Assembly (NCBI GenBank): GCA_963716565.1 | Contig: OY970318.1 | Location: 128,830-192,829, forward strand | Direction: 5' to 3' | DNA: 64,000 bases | From: an uncultured Candidatus Saccharibacteria bacterium | Lineage (GTDB): Bacteria; Patescibacteriota; Saccharimonadia; Saccharimonadales; CAIOMD01 | In this document: positions 55,243-64,000 of the stretch, in pieces | Position numbering within the stretch: the stretch's first letter is position 1 | How the letters are laid out: each line of letters begins with the position of its first letter | The notes under the pieces: generated by a model | Seen by the model: the letters and a program-made list of their open reading frames with translations, nothing else | Database searches by the model: none | What the model was told of the DNA's origin: nothing | Translations under genes and position numbers: made by a program

Positions 55243-56418
55243 ATGGAACTAGAGACAAAACAATTAGTACTAGCAGTAAAAACTATATCCGAAGAAAAGA
55301 ATCTGCCAGAAACAGTCGTGCAGGAAGCCATAGAAATGGCTTTGGCGGCTGCTTGGCGTCGTGACTTTGGCGACCGCGAACAAGAAGTGCGCGCCCAAAT
55401 TAACGTTAATACCGGTAGTGTATTAGTATATGTAACCAAAGAAGTTGTCGCCGAAGTAGAAAACGAACATGTCCAAATTAAACTAGAAGACGCCAAGAAG
55501 ATTAAAAAAGATGTAAAAGTTGGCGAGACCGTAGAAATCGAGCACAAAGTTGAAAGTTTTGGTCGCGTAGCTGCCCAAACTGCCAAACAAGTTATTTTAC
55601 AGCGCCTGCGTGAAGCCGAGCGCGAAATTGTTATGGCCGAGTTCGAAGATAAGATTAACTCGATAGTAAATGGTACGGTTACCAGAATTGAAGGCCGATT
55701 AATCCGCCTAGAGCTCAACAAAGCTCAAGGAATTATGCCAGCTAGCGAACAAATCCAAGGGGAGCGTTACTATCCTGGCCAAAGGCTAAAAGTGTACTTA
55801 AAAGAAGTTGAGCGTGGTGTTAGAGGCGCTCAATTGATTGTTAGCCGTGGTTGTGGGGAATTTGTAGAGGGTCTGTTTAAGAACGAAGTGCCAGAAATGG
55901 AAAACGGAGCTGTTTCTATAAAAGATATCGCTCGCGAACCTGGTGTTCGCAGTAAAATTGCCGTGGTCAGCAACGTACAAGGAGTAGATGCGGTAGGAAC
56001 TTTTGTAGGCGGTCACGGTACTAGAGTCCAAGCCGTTATGAGCGAAATTGGTGAGCAAGAAAAAATCGATATTGTAGTCTGGGCCGATAAGCCAGCCGAA
56101 TATATTACTAACGCTCTAAGCCCTACTGAAGTAACCAAAGTAGAAATTGATGAAGCTAATAAAAGAGCCAGAGTAACCGTACCAGACGATCAGCTATCTA
56201 TTGCCATTGGCAAAAATGGCCAAAATGTTCGCCTGGCCAGCAAATTAACCGGTTATGAGCTTGATATTGAAGGTACTAGCGGTGACGGCGGTATTAAATC
56301 AGAAGTTGTACAACCGGCTAATGTGGTGCCTAAATTAAAGAAAAAGAGCGAACTAGAAAGCAAGCTACTAGAAGCTATCGAAGAACATGGTGAGGATGTA
56401 GAAAAACCTCAAGAATAA
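55243..56418 (+). CDS. nusA: transcription termination/antitermination factor NusA
   Basis: NusA N-terminal domain, S1 domain and two KH domains (QLSIAIGKNGQNVRLASKLTG). Confidence 0.9.
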   Translation: MELETKQLVLAVKTISEEKNLPETVVQEAIEMALAAAWRRDFGDREQEVRAQINVNTGSVLVYVTKEVVAEVENEHVQIKLEDAKKIKKDVKVGETVEIEHKVESFGRVAAQTAKQVILQRLREAEREIVMAEFEDKINSIVNGTVTRIEGRLIRLELNKAQGIMPASEQIQGERYYPGQRLKVYLKEVERGVRGAQLIVSRGCGEFVEGLFKNEVPEMENGAVSIKDIAREPGVRSKIAVVSNVQGVDAVGTFVGGHGTRVQAVMSEIGEQEKIDIVVWADKPAEYITNALSPTEVTKVEIDEANKRARVTVPDDQLSIAIGKNGQNVRLASKLTGYELDIEGTSGDGGIKSEVVQPANVVPKLKKKSELESKLLEAIEEHGEDVEKPQE

Positions 56419-56422
56419 GACC

Positions 56423-56638
56423 ATGGAAGGATTCAAGCCACAACTAAGATGCCCCAGGGGTGAAGAGAAGTGTCTTTGTATGGGTTGTCTCCACTTGGAT
56501 ATTGAGTACAACAAGAAAACTTTTCCCACAGAAGAGCAATTTTGTCGGCCATGCAATGAGTGCAGTATAGATGACCGCAAACCGGTAGAAATCCCAGACG
56601 ATTGCACATTTTATTTATCAGAAGAAGATATCAAGTAG
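56423..56638 (+). CDS. small Cys-rich protein, hypothetical
   Basis: 71 aa with 8 Cys (CPRGEEKCLCMGC...CRPCNEC...C). It starts 4 nt after the nusA stop. It does not resemble YlxR. Confidence 0.45.
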   Translation: MEGFKPQLRCPRGEEKCLCMGCLHLDIEYNKKTFPTEEQFCRPCNECSIDDRKPVEIPDDCTFYLSEEDIK

Positions 56639-56647
56639 GCATTTAAA

Positions 56648-56674
56648 TTAGCACTCTTGCATCGTGAGTGCCAG
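56648..56674 (+). promoter_or_regulatory. CIRCE-like inverted repeat (HrcA operator) overlapping the clpC promoter
   Basis: TTAGCACTC-N9-GAGTGCCAG compared with the consensus TTAGCACTC-N9-GAGTGCTAA. The -35 TTGCAT lies in the N9 spacer, -10 TATACT is at 56681-56686, and the ATG is at 56694. Confidence 0.7.
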
Positions 56675-56693
56675 CTGGGCTATACTGGTATAT

Positions 56694-59171
56694 ATGCCAG
56701 AAATACCAGAGTTGCATGAACTCTTTAACCACTTAACAGAAAACGCCATAATGAGCCTTAGGCAGGCCGACCAAATTGCTCGGGCCCAAGGTTCTGCCTA
56801 TGTTGGCACAGAGCATGTTTTGCTTGGTGTTTTGGCTCAAGAGTCATCAGTGGCTTCCAAAATTTTAAACGAATCCGGCGTTAACTACGAAAGGGCTCAA
56901 CTAGCCCTAAACCTTACTCCTAAAACCCTAAACTTAAATATTGGTGTTAAGGGCTTGAGCGAAACTGCCAAGCTGGCCTTAAAGCTAAGCTGGGAATACG
57001 CCCAAGACTTTAACCAAGATATGTGTGGTACGGAGCACATTTTGTATAGCTTGCTCTGCCAAAAGAATGCCCGGGCCTCAACACTTCTAAAAGATATGAA
57101 TATTGATACCGACAGGTTAACCGACCATTTAGAAGAATATCTACAGCGTCAGCAATTCGAGAGCGAACAAGGCAGCATTAAACGGACGGCTACCAAGATG
57201 CGCCGTAAAAACGGCAAAACGGCCTTGGATATTTTTGGCACCGATTTAACCGAACTAGCGGCCAATAATAAACTAGATCCAGTTGTGGGGCGCGACGAAG
57301 TTATTAGGCGAGTAATTACTATCTTAAATCGCCGTACCAAAAACAACCCAGTTTTGATTGGCGAACCAGGCGTTGGTAAAACGGCCGTAGTAGAGGGCTT
57401 GGCCCAGCGGATTATCAGTGAAGACGTACCAGACAGTTTGCTAGATAAAAGAATTATTATGCTTGATTTGGCCGGTATGATTGCCGGTACCAAATATCGT
57501 GGCGAGTTCGAAGAACGGCTCAAAAAGGTCATGGAAGAAATAAAAAATGAGCCCAAAATTATACTGTTCATCGACGAAATGCATTTACTGGTTGGAGCCG
57601 GCGCGGCCGAAGGCGCCATAGACGCTGGCAATATCTTAAAGCCCGCTTTGGCTAGGGGCCAAATACAAGTGATTGGGGCTACAACCATTGCCGAATATCA
57701 CAAACACATCGAAAAAGACGCCGCTTTAGAGCGCCGTTTTCAGCCGGTAGTGGTGCCCGAAACCACCTTGCCCGAAACTCTCGCTATCTTAAAAGGCCTT
57801 AAGAGTTATTATGAGCAATTCCACGGTGTAGTTATAAGTGACGAAGTGGTAGAAGACGCTGTATATTTTGCCGATAGGTACATTAACGATCGGTTCATGC
57901 CCGATAAAGCTATCGACTTACTAGACGAAGCCGCCGCTTTATTGCGCGTTGATAAGGGTAAAACTCCTAGCGAATACCGCACACTGTTAAAAGAAATAAA
58001 GCTATTAACTCTAAAACGAGATGACGCCGTAGAACTAGAAAACTACGAAAAAGCCGCTGAATTTAAGCAAAAAATTAGCACTGCCCAAAAACAGCTAGAT
58101 GAACTTAAAGAAAAGAACGCCATTAATAAGCGATTGCATTTAACCAGCGATGATGTGGCCGCCGTGGTTGCCCAAGCCACCGGTATTCCGGTAAGAAAGC
58201 TGGTTAGGCAAGAAGCCAATAATTTATTAAAGCTAGAACAACAAATATCCAAACATCTAATTGGCCAAGCTGAAGCTGTAGAAGCCGTGTCTAAAGCCAT
58301 TAGGCGTAATCGGGCTGGCATAGGCAACGAAAACCGTCCCATTGGCTCGTTTGTTTTTATGGGTCCTACCGGCGTTGGCAAAACCGAACTAGCCAGAATC
58401 TTAGCCAAAGAATTTTTTGGCCGTGAAGATTCGCTGGTAAAAATAGATATGAGTGAGTTTGGTGAAAAACACACTGTAGCTCGCTTAATTGGCGCTCCGG
58501 CTGGCTATATCGGTTACGAAGATGGTGGCCAGCTTACCGATAAGATTCGCCGTCAGCCATATAGCCTAGTTTTGTTTGATGAAATAGAAAAAGCCCACTC
58601 CGAAGTCTTTAATATGCTTTTGCAAATATTCGAAGACGGCACGCTAACTGATGCCAAAGGCCGCAAAGTAGATTTTAAAAATACTATCGTTATTCTAACC
58701 AGCAATATTGGCGCCGAATTATTACAAAAAGAAGCTAACTTGGGCTTTAGGGTTGATAAAGATGAAGATAAGAACTTAGAAACTTTGCATCAAGAAAATA
58801 AAGAGAAAGTACTAGGCCAGCTAAAAAGATACATGCGCCCAGAACTCATTAACCGAATAGATAAAATAGTTGTTTTTAGGGCCTTGTCAGAGGCCGACGT
58901 GCGCAAAATAGTCGAAGTTCAAATTGCCGACTTGCAAACTCGTCTGCAGCGCAAAAAGTTGGGGATTAGTTTAACTAAAAGCGCCAAAGAGTGGTTGTTA
59001 AAAAAAGGCTACGATAAGCATAATGGCGTAAGGCCCTTAAGGCGTGTTATCCAAGATCATATAGAAGATAACCTGGCCGAAGGCTTGCTAGGCGGTGATT
59101 ACCAAGAGGGTGATGTTGTTCAAATTAAAGCCCAAAAAGATAAGTTAAGCTTTTCTGTCGTCAAAGAATAG
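56694..59171 (+). CDS. clpC: ATP-dependent Clp protease ATP-binding subunit ClpC-like (class I AAA+)
   Basis: Clp_N repeats, two AAA+ modules ([16 protein letters not shown]) and a UVR-like linker ([13 protein letters not shown]). The ORF-track start at 56664 lies inside CIRCE, so ATG 56694 is preferred. Confidence 0.9.
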   Translation: MPEIPELHELFNHLTENAIMSLRQADQIARAQGSAYVGTEHVLLGVLAQESSVASKILNESGVNYERAQLALNLTPKTLNLNIGVKGLSETAKLALKLSWEYAQDFNQDMCGTEHILYSLLCQKNARASTLLKDMNIDTDRLTDHLEEYLQRQQFESEQGSIKRTATKMRRKNGKTALDIFGTDLTELAANNKLDPVVGRDEVIRRVITILNRRTKNNPVLIGEPGVGKTAVVEGLAQRIISEDVPDSLLDKRIIMLDLAGMIAGTKYRGEFEERLKKVMEEIKNEPKIILFIDEMHLLVGAGAAEGAIDAGNILKPALARGQIQVIGATTIAEYHKHIEKDAALERRFQPVVVPETTLPETLAILKGLKSYYEQFHGVVISDEVVEDAVYFADRYINDRFMPDKAIDLLDEAAALLRVDKGKTPSEYRTLLKEIKLLTLKRDDAVELENYEKAAEFKQKISTAQKQLDELKEKNAINKRLHLTSDDVAAVVAQATGIPVRKLVRQEANNLLKLEQQISKHLIGQAEAVEAVSKAIRRNRAGIGNENRPIGSFVFMGPTGVGKTELARILAKEFFGREDSLVKIDMSEFGEKHTVARLIGAPAGYIGYEDGGQLTDKIRRQPYSLVLFDEIEKAHSEVFNMLLQIFEDGTLTDAKGRKVDFKNTIVILTSNIGAELLQKEANLGFRVDKDEDKNLETLHQENKEKVLGQLKRYMRPELINRIDKIVVFRALSEADVRKIVEVQIADLQTRLQRKKLGISLTKSAKEWLLKKGYDKHNGVRPLRRVIQDHIEDNLAEGLLGGDYQEGDVVQIKAQKDKLSFSVVKE

Positions 59172-59209
59172 ATTACAGTTAACATTTGTGATTAACTTAA
59201 GCGTATAAA

Positions 59210-60172
59210 ATGACTAAAAAACGCGTTGTTTCGGTAATTTTAACTTTAGTACTTATCGGCGGTTTAGCGTTGGGCTGGCTAAGGCGCTGGGATATTCATG
59301 ATTTTATAAAACTTATCAATTACGTTGCGCCTGCCGATGTAGCCCAATTAGCAGCCGATGGTGGTTTTACTGATTATGGCAAAAGGCTGTTCTACGTAAA
59401 TAATCCAACAGTTTCAAACAAAGAAACCTTTAATACTCAATGCACTAATAGGGAGCAGACTATTGTGCTCGGTTGCTACACAGGTGGAAATATCTACGTA
59501 TTCAATGTCGAAGACACTAAGCTGGATGGAGTCGAACAAGTTACCGCAGCTCACGAAATGTTGCATGTGGCCTATAGTCGGTTGGGGGCGAGCGAAAAGA
59601 GTAGGATAGACAAGCTTACACAAGACTTCTTTAGCACTACAACAGACGAACGGTTGTTATCTGTCGCAGCCAGCTATGAGCAGGATGACCCCAGTGTATT
59701 GCCAAATGAGTTACATTCTATTATCGCTACCGAAGTAACAGATATTGGTGCCGAACTAGAAGAGTATTACAGTAAATATTTTATAAATCGCTTAGCGGTT
59801 GTTGATTTTGCCAGGTCTTACGAGCAGGTGTTTGAAGATTTGCAGAACCAGTTAGAAGAGTACGATGCTAATCTTAACGTCCGTCGTAGCGAAATAACCA
59901 GCCGCGAAGCTAGCTTAGCCGAAAAAGAGATTCAAGCCAGGCAATTATATGTCCAGTTACAGCAGCTACTAAGCAGCGGACAGGTGACAGCTTATAATGC
60001 CCAAGTTAATCGTTACAATTCGATGGTCAAAGACTACAACCAGGAAGTTCAAAACATCCAGGCGTTGATCGAAGAATATAACAGCTTAGTAATAGCCAGA
60101 AACCAGATAGTGATATTACAGCAAGACTTAGCTCAAAGCATCGATAGCCGCCCCAGTGCTATAGAGCAATAA
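59210..60172 (+). CDS. membrane-anchored protein with HExxH motif and C-terminal coiled coil
   Basis: N-terminal TM helix, AAHEMLHVAY (HExxH) and a long Q/E/L-rich coiled coil. Confidence 0.5.
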   Translation: MTKKRVVSVILTLVLIGGLALGWLRRWDIHDFIKLINYVAPADVAQLAADGGFTDYGKRLFYVNNPTVSNKETFNTQCTNREQTIVLGCYTGGNIYVFNVEDTKLDGVEQVTAAHEMLHVAYSRLGASEKSRIDKLTQDFFSTTTDERLLSVAASYEQDDPSVLPNELHSIIATEVTDIGAELEEYYSKYFINRLAVVDFARSYEQVFEDLQNQLEEYDANLNVRRSEITSREASLAEKEIQARQLYVQLQQLLSSGQVTAYNAQVNRYNSMVKDYNQEVQNIQALIEEYNSLVIARNQIVILQQDLAQSIDSRPSAIEQ

Positions 60173-60190
60173 TCCTGCTAAACTAAAGTT

Positions 60191-61559
60191 ATGGCAAAAT
60201 CAAAAGTAACCTACATCTGCAATGCTTGCGGGGCTGTTCATAATGGCTGGTCGGGTCGTTGCGATGCCTGTGGTGCCTGGAATACCATTGAACAGCAAAT
60301 TGATGTTACTAGCCCAACCAAGGCCGCCCAAGCGCTTAAAAGCGGTAGAGTTATAGATACCATAGAGCTGGGTTCGAAAGTTGCTAAACCCAAAAATCGA
60401 TTACTAGTTGGCATAAAAGAGATTAACGATGTGCTAGGTGGCGGCATAGTTGAAGGCAGCGTTATTTTAATTGCTGGGCAACCAGGTATTGGCAAAAGTA
60501 CAATTATGATGCAGCTGGCCAATGAAATCGCCCGCCAAGAAAAAGTTTTATACATAAGTGGCGAAGAATCACCTCAGCAGGTGGCTATGCGGGGTCAGCG
60601 TTTAAAAACTAGCAGTCAAAATCTTAAATTAGCTAGCAGCACTAGTGCCAACGATATTGCAGCCACTATTAGCACCGGCCAGCATAAGTTAGTGGTGGTG
60701 GATTCTATCCAAACTATTGCCGCCGAAGAAATAGCCGGTGTACCAGGCAGTGTTAGCCAAGTAACCAATAGCACGCAGCTAATCAGTTTAGCGGCCAAAC
60801 AAAGCGATACGGCGGTAATTTTGGTAGGGCACGTTACCAAAGAAGGAAATATTGCTGGGCCGAAGGTACTTAGAACACGTTGTGGATGTGGTACTTGAAT
60901 TTAGAAGGCGAACGATATGGCGGTTTTAGGGTACTACGAGCTATTAAGAATCGTTTTGGCTCTACCAACGAAGCTGCCATTTTAGAGATGATGGACAGAC
61001 GGTCTACAGATTGTTCAAAACCCATCGGCTGCCTTGCTGGCGGAACGTCAAAAAAGCGATGGTTCAGTTGTTTTAGCCACTCTAGAAGGTACTCAGGCCA
61101 ATCTTGGTAGAAGTTCAAGCACTGGTTAATCCACATCTTATGGCTATCCTAAAACGGGCTAGCGCCGGCTTTGATATTAATCGCTTAAATTTGCTAGTGG
61201 CCATGCTGGAACGTCGAACTAAACTGCACTTAAGCGATAAAGATATTTATATAAATATTGTTGGGGGAGTTAAGATTAGCGAACCGGCCGCCGATTTGGC
61301 AGTTTGTATGGCTATTGCTTCCGCCGATCGTGGCATGCAACTAAAAGATGATGCGGTGGTATTTGGTGAGGTTGGATTAAGTGGCGAAATCCGCCATGTG
61401 CCTTGGCTAGAAAAACGCTTAAGTGAAGCCGAAAAAATGGGCTTTAAGTCGGCCATTGGGCCAAAACCTTTGGGAAATGTAAAGGCGCCAACCTGGTTAA
61501 ATAAGATGCCCGATGTTCGAACAGCTTTAAATACATTTTTAACAAAAGAAGGGAAGTAG
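60191..61559 (+). pseudogene. radA: DNA repair protein RadA/Sms, interrupted by four +1 frameshifts
   Basis: Zn ribbon CNACGAVHNGWSGRCDACGAW, Walker A GQPGIGKST, then the reading frame moves 2>0>1>2>0 at about 60872, 60903, 61000 and 61100. All conserved segments (LEHVVDVVLEF, EGERYGGFRVLRAIKNRFGSTNE, Lon-like C-terminus) are recoverable. Confidence 0.85.
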
Positions 61560-61563
61560 ATTG

Positions 61564-62413
61564 ATGCTCGATGTAATCCAGTTAATACTAATTGTAGTCT
61601 TAGCCTTATTTGTAATTTATAAGAGTTACCCGGCCAGACAAAAAAAGATCTAGCAAAGAGAAAGTTATTCTGTTAGATAGTTGTGCTGTTATTGATGGAC
61701 GCATTATTGAACTGGCCAAAGCTGGGTTCTTGCCGGGCAGACTTGTAGTGCCGGAATTTATTGTAGCCGAATTGCAACTTTTGGCCGATGGCAATGATGC
61801 CCATAAGACGAGAACGCGCTCGATTTGGGTTAGAAGTTATTAGGCAGTTACAAGACGATCCGAATGTATTATTTGCAGATAGAACATCAATTAATTACGG
61901 CCACCACAACCGATGATAAATTGGTAAAACTGGCCAAAAAAATTAGGTGCCGATTTGTTTACGACAGATTTTAATCTAAACCAAGTGGCTAGCATTGAAG
62001 GCGTAAGGGTGCTTAACGTTAACGAGTTAGCTCATGCCTTAAGGCCAGTTGCTTTACCGGGTGATAGTTTTGAGGTAAAAGTTTTACAGGTTGGCCAAAA
62101 CCGCGACCAAGGCGTAGGTTATTTAGAAGACGGCACTATGATTGTTGTTGATAACGCTCGCAAAGACATTGGTAAAAAAGTGCGCGTACATGTAACTCGT
62201 ACCCACCAAACGGTGGCCGGCAAAATGCTGTTTGCTCAAAAGGTTAATGCCGTAGCTCCTGTTGCTCGGCAGCAGTCTAAAGCAGTTAATTTAGAGTCAA
62301 ATTATCGAAAGGCTCCTAGCCCGCAGAGAAACAGTAATTATAGACACTCAGCCAATAACACTAGAGTTACACCAGGCGAAAAGTCACTATTCAAAGCCAT
62401 TGATGAATCTTAG
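61564..62413 (+). pseudogene. PIN/TRAM-domain protein (YacL-like), interrupted by four +1 frameshifts
   Basis: N-terminal TM, PIN (VILLDSCAVIDGRIIELAKAGFLPGRLVVPEFIVAELQLLAD) and TRAM (ORF 61955-62413) segments lie in four frames. The shifts are at about 61640-46 (A7), 61805, 61870-80 and 61936-42 (A7). Confidence 0.8.
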
Positions 62414-62420
62414 TTAAGGC

Positions 62421-62716
62421 TCAATATTGGGTCTTAAGCACAATCTTTGGGTTGGAGGTGTTGCCATATAAGACGCTATCGGTGATTTCGGCGGTGACGG
62501 TAAATGTAGCGGTGCCCGGGGCTGGCTCATAGGTAGCTTTAACGCTATCATTTTCTGTAACGGTAAACGAACCACCAGCTATGATTGAGCCGTCTACTTT
62601 TATGTTAACCGTGGATGTTCGGCCATTGTAACTTAATGGGTACTTACCCTGCGTGAAGCTAACAGTAATCTCGTACTTACCACGAGCTCTTAGGTTTTCG
62701 TTACGGAGTCGATGCT
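62421..62716 (-). other. start-less ORF continuing the PBP C-terminus in another frame (beta-rich domain)
   Basis: The minus-strand frame is open from about 62716 to the TGA at 62421 (…LRARGKYEITVSFTQGKYPLSYNGRTSTVNIKVDG…). It has no ATG, GTG or TTG start and overlaps the PBP stop. Confidence 0.5.
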
Positions 62717-64000
62717 AATACTTGGCAAATCAGAATCATCACAAGTGTGAATGTCATCATTAACAGTAGGCACTAAGCCACCGACTGTGGCGCCGTAACG
62801 AGTCATTATTGGCTGTAGCCAGTTATTGTAGTAAGGATCGCTGGTGGGCAACTCCGATAATATGCCTCCGCCAGTAATTTCTTTTTTGGCAGCTTCGGGT
62901 GTGCATTCAGTAGCCAATTTGTTAGAGATAATATCGACTGTTGCTTTCTGTGAAGCATCGGGGGTGCGGGGAATGTACCAGCTGGGGAATATGTCGCATT
63001 CGCCACCGGTAGTTGCTACGTAACCGCTGACCCTATCAATACAGACTGTCTTTATGCCACTGGGCTGTGTCCAGCGGGCGTCCGAGCCGGCAACACCCTG
63101 ATGAGCCTTCTTCATATATTCGGCTAACATAGGGCCGGTTTTGCCCTCCATACAACCGTTGCGGCCACACCACATAGGTGTATTCTCGTGGTTGCCAATC
63201 CAAACACCGGCAGCGTACTTTGTGGAATACATCATTAGCCAGCCATTATCCATGTTGTTGGTGGTTCCGGTTTTTAAGGCCGTAGTAATACCAGGCAGAT
63301 TAAAGTTACTGCTACCCCTGATATATCGGGCGCTATCGTCGGAAAGCATATTGTTTATAATGTAGGCTACTTGCGGATCTAAAACTTGTTCGCCTGCGGA
63401 ATCCTTCCACTCCTTTAGCACTTTTCCGTGGGAGTCTTCGACCTTTAAGACGTACGTTAAAGGCTTGTAAACACCCATTCTAGAGAATGTGGCAAAGCCA
63501 TTTACGTGCTCATCAAGCCGTATTTCGCTACCGTCACCGATGGCCGAAGACAAGCCGCAATTTGGCTCACAAGATGTACCACTAACAACTCCAACTTTGT
63601 GCACTAGTTCTAGGGTTTTTTCTACGCCGGCAATATACATAGCCTTAATGGCGGGGATGTTTCTAGAACCGCCCAAAGCATTACGTACCGACATCGCGCC
63701 AGGCTCCTTAAAGTCATAATCGCGTGGCATATAAGATGGGTAGCCTCCAAAGTTTGTTACTAAATCATAGATAGTACTACCGGCGCCCCAGTTTTGAGTG
63801 TTAGTGAATAACGAAGCGTAATCGTAGGGCTTAAACGAAGAGCCTGGGCTCCTTGCTGAGGTTGCCATATTCAATTCACCAAAATCTGGGTAATAAAAGT
63901 CACGGCTGCCTACCTGAGCGACTACTTGTCCTGTAGCAACTTCTACAGAGCTAAGTGCGGCGTTGTCGCCACCGTCTGTATCTACTCGGTACACATTATT
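62690..64000 (-). CDS. penicillin-binding protein, transpeptidase domain (5'-partial, continues beyond the window)
   Basis: SxxK active site (PGSSFKPY), plus SSN- and KTGT-like motifs (LKTGTTNN). The frame is open to the window edge. Confidence 0.85.
   Translation of the reverse strand, partial: NNVYRVDTDGGDNAALSSVEVATGQVVAQVGSRDFYYPDFGELNMATSARSPGSSFKPYDYASLFTNTQNWGAGSTIYDLVTNFGGYPSYMPRDYDFKEPGAMSVRNALGGSRNIPAIKAMYIAGVEKTLELVHKVGVVSGTSCEPNCGLSSAIGDGSEIRLDEHVNGFATFSRMGVYKPLTYVLKVEDSHGKVLKEWKDSAGEQVLDPQVAYIINNMLSDDSARYIRGSSNFNLPGITTALKTGTTNNMDNGWLMMYSTKYAAGVWIGNHENTPMWCGRNGCMEGKTGPMLAEYMKKAHQGVAGSDARWTQPSGIKTVCIDRVSGYVATTGGECDIFPSWYIPRTPDASQKATVDIISNKLATECTPEAAKKEITGGGILSELPTSDPYYNNWLQPIMTRYGATVGGLVPTVNDDIHTCDDSDLPSISIDSVTKT

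Noticed and set aside
1-64000. Search for CRISPR arrays, rRNA genes, integrases, transposases, reverse transcriptases, DGR TR/VR pairs and prophage genes.
   Set aside because: None was found by eye. The accessory islets have repeats and ribozymes but no recognisable mobility enzyme in this window.

Overview
This 64-kb window comes from a small-genome, moderately AT-rich bacterium that uses the standard genetic code: TGA acts as a stop, as in the pheS/pheT ATGA overlap. The gene content looks CPR/Patescibacteria-like, probably Saccharibacteria-like, though that assignment is an inference. It includes a membrane pyrophosphatase, a split transketolase, rpe/rpiB/fba/gap, GatCAB, a PilB-type ATPase and many orphan small proteins, and several genes appear to have leaderless promoters. 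The backbone is housekeeping: rmuC, pheST, a tRNA cluster, trxB, hppA, gap, rpiB, typA, rpe-tkt-fba, uvrB, gatCAB, galU, dnaE, rplS, rnhB, pepN, nusA, clpC, radA and a PBP. Short accessory islets interrupt this backbone. They carry orphan ORFs whose codons are visibly G/C-richer than the host genes, each with its own AT-rich sigma70-type promoter. The strongest hidden signal is two complete type III hammerhead ribozyme motifs at 3099-3150 and 26015-26073. All core nucleotides are intact and all three stems covary between the two copies. Each sits just 3' of a G/C-rich orphan cassette, behind a hairpin. A third, degenerate copy at about 23799-23867 lies in direct orientation with the 26-kb copy, and together they bracket a 2.15-kb four-gene block. 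Other notable points: a 30-nt direct repeat flanks another G/C-rich cassette. Three of the four tRNA-like genes have non-canonical anticodon arms. The GAPDH homolog has Ser at the catalytic Cys position. A radical-SAM protein has a Cx4Cx2C motif. A HEPN-like (RNxLVHE) membrane protein is embedded in gatCAB, and a CIRCE operator sits on the clpC promoter. At least nine frameshifts cluster within 60.87-62.72 kb and hit radA, a yacL-like gene and the PBP tail. No CRISPR array, rRNA, transposase or integrase was seen.
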